From Dehalococcoidia bacterium (lineage in GTDB: Bacteria; Chloroflexota; Dehalococcoidia; DSTF01; JALHUB01), in NCBI GenBank assembly GCA_030018455.1, contig JASEFU010000002.1, positions 269,480 to 333,479 on the forward strand: a DNA stretch of 64,000 nt. The letters run 5' to 3'. The notes beneath the pieces are model-generated. The model was not told where the DNA came from. It searched no databases and worked only from the letters and a program-made list of their open reading frames with translations. The number at the start of each line of letters is the position of its first letter. The stretch's first letter is position 1. A program made the translations under genes and the position numbers. This document shows positions 27,090 through 37,399 of the stretch, piece by piece.

Positions 27090-28388
27090 ATGCCGAATAG
27101 TCGGGGCAGCCGAATACAATACCACTGCTCCTTCTGTGGAAAGAACCAGGACCAGGTAAAGAGACTTATTGCCGGGCCGGGCGCCGTATACATCTGCGAC
27201 GAGTGCGTCGAGCTGTGCCGCGAGATAATCGAGGAAGAGGCGGCGGGCCCCGTCAAGACGAAGGCGCGGGCGCAGCGCGTGCCGCCGCCCAAGTTCATCT
27301 ATGAACAGCTCGGCGAGTGGGTCATCGGCCAGGAGCAGGCGAAGAAAGTCCTTAGCGTCGCCGTCTACAATCACTACAAGCGCATCGGCGCCGGCCGCCA
27401 GGCGGGCGACGTTGAGCTGGAGAAGACGAACATACTCCTTGTCGGTCCCACCGGTACCGGCAAGACCCTGCTTGCGCGCACCCTTGCCCGCATACTCGAC
27501 GTGCCGTTCACCATCGCCGACGCCACCGCCCTTACCGAAGCCGGATACGTGGGCGAGGACGTGGAAAACATCCTCCTCCATCTCATCCAGGCGGCCGATT
27601 ACGACATCCAGAGGGCGGAGCGCGGCATCGTCTACATCGACGAGATCGACAAGATCGCCCGCAAGAGCGACAACCCATCGATCACGCGCGATGTCTCGGG
27701 CGAAGGCGTGCAGCAGGCGCTCCTCAAGATAATCGAGGGGACGGTGGCCAACGTGCCGCCGCAGGGAGGGCGCAAGCACCCGCATCAGGACTTCATCCAG
27801 ATAAACACGGCGAACATCCTGTTCATCTGCGGCGGCGCCTTCGAAGGGCTGGAGAAGATCGTCGACAGGCGTCTCGGCGCCAGCAGGCGGTCCATAGGCT
27901 TCGCAGCCGACTTCCGCAACCGCTCCGGACAGGACCTGACCGACGAGTTGCTGAAGCACACGACCCACGACGACCTGCTTCACTACGGTCTTATACCTGA
28001 GTTCGTCGGCCGGCTGCCTATGGTGGTGAGCCTCAGTTCCCTCGGCAAAGAGGAGCTGGTCAGGATACTGACGGAGCCCAAGAACGCCCTCATGAAGCAG
28101 TTCCAACGCTTCTTCGCCTTCGATGACGTGGAGCTTACGTTCACGGAGGAGGCGCTCGCGGCCTGCGCTGAGCAGGCGATCCGCCACCGGACAGGGGCGC
28201 GCGGCCTCCGCACAGTACTGGAGGACGTGCTGCTGGATGTGATGTACGAGATACCCTCGCGCGGCGACGTGCGGAAGTGCATCGTCAACGCCGAGACGAT
28301 ACAGGGGCACAAGAAGCCCCTGCTGATCACACAATCGGGCCAGACGATCGAGCCGCTGGAGGTGCCGCTCAGCGAAGAGTCCGCCTAG
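27090..28388 (+). CDS. clpX: ATP-dependent Clp protease ATP-binding subunit ClpX
   Basis: Zinc-binding N-domain CSFCGK...CDEC. Walker A motif GPTGTGKT. Confidence 0.93.
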   Translation: MPNSRGSRIQYHCSFCGKNQDQVKRLIAGPGAVYICDECVELCREIIEEEAAGPVKTKARAQRVPPPKFIYEQLGEWVIGQEQAKKVLSVAVYNHYKRIGAGRQAGDVELEKTNILLVGPTGTGKTLLARTLARILDVPFTIADATALTEAGYVGEDVENILLHLIQAADYDIQRAERGIVYIDEIDKIARKSDNPSITRDVSGEGVQQALLKIIEGTVANVPPQGGRKHPHQDFIQINTANILFICGGAFEGLEKIVDRRLGASRRSIGFAADFRNRSGQDLTDELLKHTTHDDLLHYGLIPEFVGRLPMVVSLSSLGKEELVRILTEPKNALMKQFQRFFAFDDVELTFTEEALAACAEQAIRHRTGARGLRTVLEDVLLDVMYEIPSRGDVRKCIVNAETIQGHKKPLLITQSGQTIEPLEVPLSEESA

Positions 28389-28445
28389 CGGGGGTGATCG
28401 CCCCGTAGGGTCGGGACTCTGTGCCCGACCAGCACCGATGACGAA

Positions 28446-28483
28446 AGAGAGGCCGGTCGTGTGGAACGGCCTCTCTCTTTGTT
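28446..28483. terminator. Stem-loop terminator between convergent clpX and the UbiA-family gene
   Basis: AGAGAGGCC-(13 nt)-GGCCTCTCT followed by CTTTGTT. Additional hairpins lie at 28390-28429. Confidence 0.5.
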
Positions 28484-28507
28484 CGGAACTCTCGGCCGGT
28501 GATCGGC

Positions 28508-29497
28508 CTACTCTCGCGCGACACCCAGTATCGCCGCCGATACAGCTACCCACAAAAGAATGTCCACGATAAGCGGCCAGTCCTTCAGGAGCACCTCTTC
28601 AGGGCTGCCGCCCTCGCCGCGCACGTGCACGAGATACAGGTAGCGGAAGATGCCGTAAAGCACGAACGGCGTGGTCAGCATCATCGAGTGGTTCTCGGGC
28701 AGGTTCTCCGCCGTGAACGTGTACAGCCCGTAGGCGACGAGCGTGGAGGCGGTCACGATGGACGCCATCTGGTCGAGAAGGTGCGGCGTGTACTCGTCGA
28801 GGATGGGACGGTGCTGGTTCGCGTCCTCCTTCAGCAGGGCAAGCTCCGCCCGCCGCTTGTTTATCGCTAGGAAGAGTGCCCCCAGCGCCGTCACGGCGTA
28901 CAGCCAGGGCGATATCGGCACGTCGATAACGAGCGCGCCTGCCATCGCCCGCAGGACGAAGCCCGCCGCGATCAGCATGAGGTCGAGCAGGACGACGTGC
29001 TTGAGATTGTACGAGTACGCGAAGGTCATCGCCGTGTAGCCGGTGACCACCGCGCCGACCTGCCACGAGAGCGCGAAGCTGCCCGCTATCCCGACGACGC
29101 CCAGCGCCAGCGCCGCCGTCGCCGCGGTCTGCACCGAGAGCTTGCCCGACGCTATCGGCCGCAAACGCTTCCGGGGGTGTAGCAGGTCGGTCTCACGGTC
29201 GCGGATGTCGTTGACGAGATACTCCGCGCTGCAGACGAGGCAGAAGAGGAGGAAGGTCGCCGTCGTCCTGCCGAGGAGCGGCAGCCAGGAGTTGACGTCG
29301 CTCAGGTGCCAGGCCTGCCCGACGGAGAACAGCATCGCCATGTAGACGAGAAGGTTCTTCGTCCACTGCCTGGGGCGCGTGGAGACGATGAGATAGCGGG
29401 CGAAGGAAAGGACGCCTCTTTCGGGTGCGGCGCTCAATTTCTGGGACGCCGCGAGGGAGGCCGTCGGTTCGGAGAGGACGTTTTCGCCGTCTGCCAT
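28508..29497 (-). CDS. UbiA-family prenyltransferase, resembling decaprenyl-phosphate phosphoribosyltransferase (DPPR synthase-like)
   Basis: YLVNDIRDRETD is the NDxxDxxxD motif. A second Asp-rich region and about 8 TM helices are present. Start is set at the ATG at 29497 (MADGENV...). The 250-aa upstream extension in the track is rejected. Confidence 0.7.
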   Translation of the reverse strand: MADGENVLSEPTASLAASQKLSAAPERGVLSFARYLIVSTRPRQWTKNLLVYMAMLFSVGQAWHLSDVNSWLPLLGRTTATFLLFCLVCSAEYLVNDIRDRETDLLHPRKRLRPIASGKLSVQTAATAALALGVVGIAGSFALSWQVGAVVTGYTAMTFAYSYNLKHVVLLDLMLIAAGFVLRAMAGALVIDVPISPWLYAVTALGALFLAINKRRAELALLKEDANQHRPILDEYTPHLLDQMASIVTASTLVAYGLYTFTAENLPENHSMMLTTPFVLYGIFRYLYLVHVRGEGGSPEEVLLKDWPLIVDILLWVAVSAAILGVARE

Positions 29498-29644
29498 ACG
29501 CCGATGATAGATGCTCGCGCCGACCCCCGTCAATCGCAGCCCGATTCTTCGGACGCGTGCCGAAGCCGCGAACTTCCCGGTCGCCGTCGCAGCCGCGCAA
29601 CGCGCTTCCTTGACTTCTGTTATTCCTGTCACTATGCTCTTTTT

Positions 29645-30382
29645 GTGACACCGAAGAGCCGCCTGGATGTCCTGCTCGTCCAGCGCGGCCTGGCTGAAAG
29701 CCGGGAGAAGGCGCAGGCTTTCGTGATGAGCGGCGCAGTCCTCGTCGATGGAAAGCCCGCCTCCAAGCCCGGCGTTCTCGTGTCTGACGGGGCCGAACTC
29801 GAGCTGGCCGAGAGCGCCCGCTACGTCGGCAGGGGCGGTGAGAAGCTGGAGCACGCTCTCGGCGTCTTCGCTCTCGACGTGCGCGGACTCGTGGCCGTCG
29901 ACGCCGGCGCGTCTACCGGCGGCTTCACCGACTGCCTCCTGCAGCGCGGCGCCGCCCGTGTTTACGCCGTCGACGTGGGCTACGGGCTGCTCGACCCGCG
30001 GCTCCGCGCCGACCCGCGCGTCCGCGTGATGGAAAGGGTAAACGTGAGATACTTGGAAGACCTTCCCGAGGCGCCCGACCTGGCGACTGTCGACGTGTCG
30101 TTCATCTCGCTTCAGAAAGTGGTGCCGCCGTTGGTGAAGCTTCTGAAGGGCGGCGGCCACGTCCTCGCGCTCATCAAGCCGCAGTTCGAGGCGCGCCGCG
30201 AGGAGGTCGGCAAGCGGGGCGTCGTCCGCGACCCTCAGGTCCACGCCGCCGTAATCGGACGGACGGTCGCATGGGCGGCGTCGCAGGGCTTGCGGCTGCG
30301 CGGCCTCACCACGTCCCCGTTGCGCGGGCCCGCCGGCAACAAGGAGTTCTTCGTGCTCTGGCGAAAGGAAGCGGGAGCGTAG
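29645..30382 (+). CDS. tlyA: TlyA-family rRNA 2'-O-methyltransferase (hemolysin A-like)
   Basis: An S4 domain (RLDVLLVQRGLAESREKAQAFVMSGAVLVDG) plus an FtsJ-like MTase (DAGASTGGFTDCLLQRGAARVYAVDVG). GTG start. Confidence 0.85.
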   Translation: MTPKSRLDVLLVQRGLAESREKAQAFVMSGAVLVDGKPASKPGVLVSDGAELELAESARYVGRGGEKLEHALGVFALDVRGLVAVDAGASTGGFTDCLLQRGAARVYAVDVGYGLLDPRLRADPRVRVMERVNVRYLEDLPEAPDLATVDVSFISLQKVVPPLVKLLKGGGHVLALIKPQFEARREEVGKRGVVRDPQVHAAVIGRTVAWAASQGLRLRGLTTSPLRGPAGNKEFFVLWRKEAGA

Positions 30383-30387
30383 CGGCC

Positions 30388-31269
30388 ATGGACAAGGTGG
30401 GCATTCTCTACCACCCGAAGATGCCCGAGGCGGAGGCGCTCGCCGGGGAGCTGCATTCCCTTGCTTCGCCGCACGTGGGCGAAGTCTGGGTCGCCGCCGC
30501 CTGGGACGAACAGGCCGTCAAGGACAACGTCGCCGGCAGCGACCTCCTGATCTCCATCGGCGGCGACGGCACCATCCTCAGAGCGGCGCGGGCGAGCGTC
30601 CCCCACGACATCCTGCTGCTGGGGGTAAACCTCGGCCGGCTCGGCTTCCTCACGGAGCTGAGGGGCGAGGAGGCGCGCGAACGCGTACCGGAGATACTCG
30701 CCGATTCGAAGTGGACGGTGGAAGAGCGGGGCATACTACACGCGCAGGTGCTGGCGGCTCGCGGGGGGCGCGTCGTCATGGGCGAGCAGCCTTATCTCCA
30801 CGCGCTGAACGACCTCGTGGTCGGGCGCCCCGCTCTGGGGAGGACGATCGTTGCCAGCGCCTACATCGACGGCGAGCTCGTCGCCGACTACCGCGCCGAC
30901 GGCATCCTCGTCGCCACCGCGACCGGAAGCACGGCCTACTGCCAGGCCATCGGGGGTCCTATCCTGCACCCTGAGTCGAAGGAGATGGTGCTGGCGCCCA
31001 TCGCGCCTCACCTCGGCCAGACGAACGCCCTCGTCCTGCCGCCGACGGCCGTCGTCGAGCTCGTGCTCGACCCCGATCAGCAGGCCGTTTTCAGCCTCGA
31101 CGGCGAGGCCACCGTCGGCCTTGCGCCCGGGCAGGCCGTCCGCGTCACAATGAGCCACCATGTCGCCCGCTTCATCCGTCTCCCGCAGGAGCCCGGGTTC
31201 TATCAGCGGGTGGCGGTGCGCCTGCGCTGGCGGCGGACCCCCGATCCCAACGAGAAGGAAGCCCGATAA
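30388..31269 (+). CDS. nadK: NAD kinase
   Basis: GGDGT (ISIGGDGTILRA), NDLVV and TGSTAYCQAIGGP motifs are present. Confidence 0.9.
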   Translation: MDKVGILYHPKMPEAEALAGELHSLASPHVGEVWVAAAWDEQAVKDNVAGSDLLISIGGDGTILRAARASVPHDILLLGVNLGRLGFLTELRGEEARERVPEILADSKWTVEERGILHAQVLAARGGRVVMGEQPYLHALNDLVVGRPALGRTIVASAYIDGELVADYRADGILVATATGSTAYCQAIGGPILHPESKEMVLAPIAPHLGQTNALVLPPTAVVELVLDPDQQAVFSLDGEATVGLAPGQAVRVTMSHHVARFIRLPQEPGFYQRVAVRLRWRRTPDPNEKEAR

Positions 31270-31769
31270 TGGTCGTCAAGGCGGGAAAGAGAGAGAAGTT
31301 GCTCCACGGCCCGTTTCTCGTCGAGAAGGCAAGCACCCGCGACGTCTCGGGTCTCCACGAGATCATCAGCTCATTTGCGGAGAAGGGCGAGATGCTGCCC
31401 CGCACGATGGGCGAGGTCTACGAGAATCTGCGCGACTTCTTCGTCGTGCGGCGCAGCGACGAGATTGTCGCTTGTGTGGCCCTGCACATAGTGTGGGAGG
31501 ACCTCGCCGAGGTCCGCTCGCTCGCCGTGCGCGAGGAGCGTCAGGCGCTGGGGCTGGGAGGGCTGCTGGTGCGGGCCTGCATCGAAGAGGCGCGCGGTCT
31601 CGGGCTGAGCCGCGTCTTCGCGCTCACGCTCAAGCCCGGCTTCTTCGAAAAGCTCGGCTTCAAACAGGCGGATGTCATGACTCTGCCTCACAAGGTCTGG
31701 AACGAGTGCTACCGCTGCCCCAAGTTCCCCAACTGCGACGAGGTGGCGATGGTGCTGGAGCTGGATTAG
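31269..31769 (+). CDS. GNAT-family N-acetyltransferase (ArgA-like short form) with a C-terminal CxxC-x5-C motif
   Basis: Acetyl-CoA binding segment RQALGLGGLLVRACIEEARGLG. The C-terminus is ...NECYRCPKFPNCDE. Confidence 0.65.
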   Translation: MVVKAGKREKLLHGPFLVEKASTRDVSGLHEIISSFAEKGEMLPRTMGEVYENLRDFFVVRRSDEIVACVALHIVWEDLAEVRSLAVREERQALGLGGLLVRACIEEARGLGLSRVFALTLKPGFFEKLGFKQADVMTLPHKVWNECYRCPKFPNCDEVAMVLELD

Positions 31770-31778
31770 GGGGTTGAC

Positions 31779-32330
31779 GTGCCCGAGGAAGAAGAAAACC
31801 TGCCGTGGACGATTCACAGCCGCCGCGTCTACAAAGGGCGGCTGGTAAATGTCCGTCTCGACAACGTGGTCGTCGATGATGGCCCTGCCAGAGTCAGGGA
31901 GGTGGTCGAGCACCCCGGCGCCGTGCTCTTACTCGCCCTCGACGACGTCGACAACGTCTTTCTCGTGCGGCAGTACCGACATCCCGTAGGTCGCCATCTT
32001 TACGAGCTTCCCGCCGGCACGATAGACGATGGCGAAGAGCCCGCGGTCTGCGCCGAGCGCGAGCTGCGCGAGGAGACCGGCTTCCGCCCCCGCCGCCTGG
32101 AGCCTCTCGGTGGCTTCTTCCTGAGCCCCGGCTACAGCAACGAGTACATCCACCTTTTCCTCGCCACAGGCCTCGAGGAGAGTCCTCTCGAGGCGGCAGA
32201 GGAAGAACACCTGACGGCCCTGCGTGTGCCCCTCGCGGAGGCGCTGCGCATGATCGAGCGGCGCGAGATCGAAGACGCAAAGTCGATCGCTGGTCTGCTG
32301 TTGCTGGCGCAACGCCGGGCCGTTTCCTGA
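31779..32330 (+). CDS. NUDIX hydrolase (ADP-ribose pyrophosphatase-like)
   Basis: Nudix box GTIDDGEEPAVCAERELREETGF. Confidence 0.85.
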   Translation: MPEEEENLPWTIHSRRVYKGRLVNVRLDNVVVDDGPARVREVVEHPGAVLLLALDDVDNVFLVRQYRHPVGRHLYELPAGTIDDGEEPAVCAERELREETGFRPRRLEPLGGFFLSPGYSNEYIHLFLATGLEESPLEAAEEEHLTALRVPLAEALRMIERREIEDAKSIAGLLLLAQRRAVS

Positions 32331-32347
32331 GCTTTCCGATACCGCGA

Positions 32348-33181
32348 ATGCCTGACCAGTACCCGCCCGTTCCGCCAGAAAACCGGAAGATATATCGGTT
32401 TCCTCGCCTCGGCCTTCTGCTATTTGCCGTCAACCTCCTGTTCGGAGTGAAGCGGTCGGTATCGCGCGACTCGCAGTGGATAATGCGGGTTAACCCGCCC
32501 CCTCCGCACGTCATCGGCCTTGAGAACGTGCCGCCACGTGGCCCCTTTGTCCTCGTCGCCAACCACTACGAGCGCCCCGGTCTGCAAATGCACTTCATCG
32601 GCATCGCAATTGCCGCGGTTGTGGCCGAACGTCGCGAGGAGAGTCGCGACATCCACTGGGTGATCACGAACCAGTGGGAGGGGCGCCGCTTTGGGCCGAT
32701 TCCCATCCCTGTCTGGCTCACGCGCTGGACCTTCGGACGGGTGGCGCGCGTATACGGCTTCGTCGCGATGCCACAGAGCGAACAGCAGGTCGCGGGACGG
32801 GCGGCGGCCCTTAAGCAGGCAGCGGCGATTGTCGCCGCGCGCGTCCGCGATGGGAAGCGGATCGAGGGCGAGCCCGTGGGCATGATGCCGGAGGCGAGAG
32901 GAAAAGGCGTCCTCGTCGAGGCGACGCCGGGCGCGGGCCTCTTCCTCCAACTGCTGAACCGCCGCGGCGCGCCCATCCTGCCCGCGGCGGCGTACGAGGA
33001 GCCGGGACGCCTGGTGCTTCGCTTCGGCGAGCCGTTCGACCCCCTCGTTCCTCGACGCGCCAGCCGCGAAGAGCAGGACCGCCTGATCCGGGAGCAGACG
33101 ATGGTCGCCATCGGGCGGTTACTTCCGGAGAGCATGTGGGGCTTTTACGCGGAGGCCATCCGCCGCTCCTTCGAAAGGTGA
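32348..33181 (+). CDS. Hypothetical membrane-associated protein, possibly a PlsC/LPLAT-fold acyltransferase with a degenerate HX4D motif (VANHYERPG)
   Basis: N-terminal TM. LVANHYERPGLQMHF resembles acyltransferase motif I, but the Asp is absent. Confidence 0.4.
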   Translation: MPDQYPPVPPENRKIYRFPRLGLLLFAVNLLFGVKRSVSRDSQWIMRVNPPPPHVIGLENVPPRGPFVLVANHYERPGLQMHFIGIAIAAVVAERREESRDIHWVITNQWEGRRFGPIPIPVWLTRWTFGRVARVYGFVAMPQSEQQVAGRAAALKQAAAIVAARVRDGKRIEGEPVGMMPEARGKGVLVEATPGAGLFLQLLNRRGAPILPAAAYEEPGRLVLRFGEPFDPLVPRRASREEQDRLIREQTMVAIGRLLPESMWGFYAEAIRRSFER

Positions 33182-33299
33182 CCGGCAGACACGTTATGGA
33201 CAGGCGCCTGCGAATGCCATAAACTGCCGTAATGGTAGCCCGCGTCTGAATTCGCAGCGACAAGTCAAACACGGCATCTGAGCCCGGCGGAGACCTGGC

Positions 33300-33599
33300 A
33301 TGATCCCTGATATCGAGACCAACCGCGCGGAGTTGGAAGCGCTGTGCAAGCGTTTTGGAGTGCGCCGGCTCGAAGCCTTCGGTTCGGCGGTGACGGGTCG
33401 TTTTCAGTCCGAGACCAGCGACATTGACCTGCTGGTGGAGTTTGAGCAGCCGGACAGCCCCGGCTACGCCGATCGGTACTTCGGGCTGCTGGAGTCGCTG
33501 GGGGCGCTGTTTCGGCGACACGTTGACCTTGTCGTCGCATCGGCGATCAAGAACCCCTATTTTCGCCAGTCAGTTGACGCCACGAGGGTCTTGCTCTAG
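33300..33599 (+). CDS. mntA: Nucleotidyltransferase MntA antitoxin (minimal NTase of the HepT/MntA toxin-antitoxin)
   Basis: FGSAVTGRFQSETSDIDLLVEF is the GSx(9-13)DxD Pol-beta NTase motif. 99 aa. Immediately followed by HepT. Confidence 0.85.
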   Translation: MIPDIETNRAELEALCKRFGVRRLEAFGSAVTGRFQSETSDIDLLVEFEQPDSPGYADRYFGLLESLGALFRRHVDLVVASAIKNPYFRQSVDATRVLL

Positions 33600-33612
33600 G
33601 CAGCTTGAGGCA

Positions 33613-33942
33613 ATGAAGTGCGTGCGTGATATTGCGGGAGCTTGCGAGCAGATAACCGCCTTCACCGCAGGCAGGACGTTCCCCCAGTACGAAGACGATG
33701 CCATGCTGCGCTCAGCCGTCGAGCGTCAATTCGAAATCATCGGCGAACCGCTGTTACATCTGTCACGGCTCAACCCGGCTGCAGCGAACCGGATCACCGA
33801 ATACCGCCGCATCATCGCTTTTCGAAACATTCTGGCGCATGGCTACGCGCAAGTGGACGACCGCTTGGTATGGGATATCGTCGAGACCAAGCTTCCGACG
33901 CTGCGTGAAGAGGTGGCCTCTCCGCTGGCGGGAACAGACTAA
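33613..33942 (+). CDS. hepT: HepT toxin (HEPN domain, DUF86) of the HepT/MntA toxin-antitoxin
   Basis: R-x4-HxY motif (FRNILAHGY). About 109 aa. Starts 14 nt after mntA. Confidence 0.85.
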   Translation: MKCVRDIAGACEQITAFTAGRTFPQYEDDAMLRSAVERQFEIIGEPLLHLSRLNPAAANRITEYRRIIAFRNILAHGYAQVDDRLVWDIVETKLPTLREEVASPLAGTD

Positions 33943-34173
33943 CGCGCTGCTTGCCGGCGTAATTCGAGAATGCCGCCCCCCTGTTCCGCCGCTGCTCTCC
34001 GTCTCCTTTCCGTGGGCCCGCAACCGTCTGCAGTTTCGGTTGCCCGGATGCCGACTGGTCGAACCCATGGACGCCTCGCTGCTCTCGCTGGATTCAGAAT
34101 CCCGTATCGCCTAATATGTCGATGGCTTCGTCGTTCACCCATCGAACGCCTCGAAAACCGGTTGTTCTGAAGA

Positions 34174-35847
34174 ATGCTGCAGCATGACGTCCTCGTGATC
34201 GGAGCGGGCCTGGCGGGCCTGAGGGCGGCCCTCGAGGCGGCCCGTTCGGGCGCCGACGTAGGCGTCCTCACCAAGGTCTACCCCCTTCGCAGCCACTCCG
34301 TCGCCGCCCAGGGCGGGATCAACGCCGCCCTCAGCGAGGACGATTCGTGGGAGACGCACGCCTACGATACCGTCAAAGGCAGCGACTACCTCGGCGACCA
34401 GGACGCGATCGAGACGATGTGCCGCGAGGCGCCGTCAGACATCGTCGAGCTCGAGCGCATGGGCACCGCCTTCAGCCGGCGGCCGGACGGACGCATTGAC
34501 CAGCGGCCCTTCGGCGGCGCCGGCTTCCCCCGCACCTGCTACGTCGCGGATATCACCGGCCAGGCGATACTCCACACCCTGCACGAGCAGGCGCTCAAGC
34601 TGAACGTCCCCACGTACGATGAGTGGTTCGTCCTCTCGCTCGTTGTGGAGGACGGCGAGTGCCGCGGCGCCGTCGCCCTGAACATGCGCACGGGCGAGAT
34701 CGAGGCGCTGGCCGCCAAGGCGGTCGTGATGGCGGGCGGCGGCTTCGGACGCGTATATACGCCGACGTCCAACTCCCTGATCTCCACCGGCGACGGCCAT
34801 GCCCTCGCCTATCGCGCCGGCGCTCCCCTCATGGACATGGAGTTCGTGCAGTTTCATCCCACCACCCTGCGCGACAGCGGCGTCCTCATCACCGAGGGAG
34901 CCCGCGGCGAAGGCGGCTACCTGCTAAACGCCCTCGGCGAGCGCTTCATGGAGAAATACGCGCCGAACAAGATGGAGCTCGCCGCCCGCGACGTCGTCTC
35001 GCGCGCGGAGCAGACGGAGATCGACGAGGGACGCGGCGTCGACGGCTGCGTGCTGCTCGACCTGCGGCACCTGGGCAAAGCGAAGATCATGGAGAAGCTG
35101 TTCCAGATCCGCGAGCTCGCCCTCGACCTCACGAACACCGACTTCATTACCGACCCCGTGCCTGTGCGTCCCGGCATGCACTACGCGATGGGCGGCGTCA
35201 AAACGGATATCCACGGCGCGACGCCTCTGCCAGGCCTCTTCGCTGCCGGCGAGTGCGCCTGCGTCAGCGTCCACGGCGCGAACCGTCTCGGCGGCAACTC
35301 CATGCTGGAAACGATCACCTTCGGACGCCGCGCGGGTAGGGCAGCGGCAGAGCACGCCCGCTCGAAACCTTCACCCTCCGTTCTCGCGTCCGCCGTCCAG
35401 CGCGACCGCGAGATGATCGCCGAGATACTGGCGCGGCCGCGGAACGGCGAACGCATGGCCGACCTCCGCGCCGAGATGGCGGCGGCGATGAACCGGGGCG
35501 TCGGCATCTTCCGGACGAAGCAGGGCATGGAAGAGGCGCTCTCCACCGTGCGCCAACTCAAGGAGCGGGCCAAGAGTGTGCCCGTGGCAAGCAAGGGGCT
35601 CGTCTTCAACATGGAGCTGCTTTCCGTCATCGAGCTCGGCTTCATGCTCGACCTTGCCGAGGTCATCGCTCTCGGAGCGCTGATGCGCGAGGAAAGCAGG
35701 GGCGCGCACTCGCGGCGCGACTTCCCGGAGCGCGACGACGAGCGCTGGATGAAGCACACGCTCGCGCGCTACCGTCCCGAAGGGCCGGTCCTGGAGTACG
35801 CGCCGGTGACGGTGACGCGCTGGCAGCCGGAGAAGAGGGTGTACTAG
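34174..35847 (+). CDS. sdhA: Succinate dehydrogenase / fumarate reductase flavoprotein subunit
   Basis: [18 protein letters not shown] is the FAD Rossmann segment. ...[14 protein letters not shown]... is the covalent-FAD His region. Active-site motifs are present. Confidence 0.93.
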   Translation: MLQHDVLVIGAGLAGLRAALEAARSGADVGVLTKVYPLRSHSVAAQGGINAALSEDDSWETHAYDTVKGSDYLGDQDAIETMCREAPSDIVELERMGTAFSRRPDGRIDQRPFGGAGFPRTCYVADITGQAILHTLHEQALKLNVPTYDEWFVLSLVVEDGECRGAVALNMRTGEIEALAAKAVVMAGGGFGRVYTPTSNSLISTGDGHALAYRAGAPLMDMEFVQFHPTTLRDSGVLITEGARGEGGYLLNALGERFMEKYAPNKMELAARDVVSRAEQTEIDEGRGVDGCVLLDLRHLGKAKIMEKLFQIRELALDLTNTDFITDPVPVRPGMHYAMGGVKTDIHGATPLPGLFAAGECACVSVHGANRLGGNSMLETITFGRRAGRAAAEHARSKPSPSVLASAVQRDREMIAEILARPRNGERMADLRAEMAAAMNRGVGIFRTKQGMEEALSTVRQLKERAKSVPVASKGLVFNMELLSVIELGFMLDLAEVIALGALMREESRGAHSRRDFPERDDERWMKHTLARYRPEGPVLEYAPVTVTRWQPEKRVY

Positions 35848-36599
35848 TGGAAGTAAAGCTCAGGGTGCGACGCTTCGATCCGTCGCAGGGAGATGAGGCG
35901 TACTATCAACGGTACGCCGTCGAGGTTCCGCCGTCGGCGACCATCCTCGACTCGCTGCTCGCGGTGCGCGAGCGGGTGGACGGCTCGCTCGCCTTCCGCT
36001 GCGCCTGCCGGAGCGCCATCTGCGGCTCCTGCGCCATGCGCGTGAACGGCGTCTCGCGCCTCGCCTGCAAGACGAAGGCAATCGACGTAGCCCCGAATGG
36101 CGGCGAGATCACGCTCGAACCGCTCGCCAACCTTCCCGTGATCAAGGACCTCGTCGCGGAGATGGCACCGTTCTACGAGAAGATGCGCGCCGTCCTGCCC
36201 TGGCTGGTCGTCGATCCGGAGAGGCCGGAGCCCGAGCGGGAGTACCTGATGGAGCCGGAGCGCGCGCTGCGCCTGGGCCACCTGGTCTCGTGTATTCAGT
36301 GCGCGGCCTGCTACTCCGCCTGTCCCATCGTCGCCATCGACGACGGCTACCTGGGGCCGGCCGCCCTCACGAAGGCATGCCGCTACTGCCAGGACACGCG
36401 CGACGACGCCAGAGCCCAGCGGCTGGCGCGCATCGCCGACGAGGAAGGGCTGTGGCGCTGCCATACGGTGTTCAGTTGCATGGAGCAGTGCCCAAAGGGG
36501 ATCAACCCCACGGAAGCGATCCAGCAGTTGAAGAAGATGGTCATCTTTGACAGGCTGGGGCTCGACCGCTCCGGCAAAAGGCGGAAGCGCGATGTATAA
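35847..36599 (+). CDS. sdhB: Succinate dehydrogenase iron-sulfur subunit
   Basis: 2Fe-2S motif CRSAICGSCAM. Cys clusters CIQCAACYSACP and C...CMEQCPKG. Confidence 0.92.
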   Translation: MEVKLRVRRFDPSQGDEAYYQRYAVEVPPSATILDSLLAVRERVDGSLAFRCACRSAICGSCAMRVNGVSRLACKTKAIDVAPNGGEITLEPLANLPVIKDLVAEMAPFYEKMRAVLPWLVVDPERPEPEREYLMEPERALRLGHLVSCIQCAACYSACPIVAIDDGYLGPAALTKACRYCQDTRDDARAQRLARIADEEGLWRCHTVFSCMEQCPKGINPTEAIQQLKKMVIFDRLGLDRSGKRRKRDV

Positions 36600-36963
36600 G
36601 CCGCTCGACGCCCAGTTCCAGGCAAAGGCGATGAGGACGGGCACCGCCGCGTGGGCGCTGCAGCGGCTCTCCGGTCTTTTCCTCACCGTCTATCTCATCG
36701 CTCACATCTTCGTCATCGGCACGGCGCTCCAGGGGGAGCGGACCTTCGACGACCTGCTGGAGACGTTCGAGCACACGCCGTTCCTCGTCCTCGACGCCGG
36801 CCTGGTGGGCGTGGTGGCGTTCCACGCCTTCAACGGACTGCGTCTCATCCTGTTTGACTTCGCGATCGGCCTGCGCTTTCAGAAGGCGATGTTCTGGGCC
36901 GCTTTCGCGGGCGCAGTGGCCGTGTTCGCGGCGTCGGTGTTCGCGGTGCGGAACCTGTTGTAG
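36592..36963 (+). CDS. sdhC: Succinate dehydrogenase cytochrome b / membrane anchor subunit
   Basis: Three TM helices with a His in the first helix. Start is set at the ATG overlapping the sdhB stop. Confidence 0.7.
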   Translation: MYKPLDAQFQAKAMRTGTAAWALQRLSGLFLTVYLIAHIFVIGTALQGERTFDDLLETFEHTPFLVLDAGLVGVVAFHAFNGLRLILFDFAIGLRFQKAMFWAAFAGAVAVFAASVFAVRNLL

Positions 36964-36976
36964 GGGAAGAGTCTAA

Positions 36977-37384
36977 ATGGCGCGACTGGAGCTTGAACGA
37001 GAGATGCTGGCGGCGCCACAGGCCAGCTTCAGCTTCTGGCCGTGGCTCTTCCAGCGGATATCGGCGGTGGGGCTGATCGTGCTGCTGCCCTTGCACATCG
37101 TGGTTACGCACCTGTTCAACATCGCCGAAGTCGAGGAGGGCGCGCTGCCCGCGCTCGTCGTCTTCTCCGACGTCGTGCAGCGCATGGAATCGCCGGTCTA
37201 CTGGACAATCGACCTGCTGCTTTTGGGCTTCGCGCTGTTTCACGGCCTGAACGGCGTGCGCAACATCCTCCTTGATTACGGGATGAGGGGCGCCGTCGGG
37301 AGAGTGACGACGGGAGCGCTTTCGCTGCTGGGGGTAGCAGCCTTCGCTTACGGCGTGGTCGTCCTCGCCTCGTTCATCGACTGA
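36977..37384 (+). CDS. sdhD: Succinate dehydrogenase hydrophobic membrane anchor subunit
   Basis: 135 aa with three TM helices. Follows sdhC. Confidence 0.65.
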   Translation: MARLELEREMLAAPQASFSFWPWLFQRISAVGLIVLLPLHIVVTHLFNIAEVEEGALPALVVFSDVVQRMESPVYWTIDLLLLGFALFHGLNGVRNILLDYGMRGAVGRVTTGALSLLGVAAFAYGVVVLASFID

Positions 37385-37399
37385 GTCGCGGGCGCGACG

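Noticed and set aside
28508-30244. 578-aa version of the UbiA-family ORF
   Set aside because: The N-terminal 249 codons are antisense to the tlyA 5' region and have no similarity. The conserved UbiA protein starts at MADGENV (ATG at 29497).
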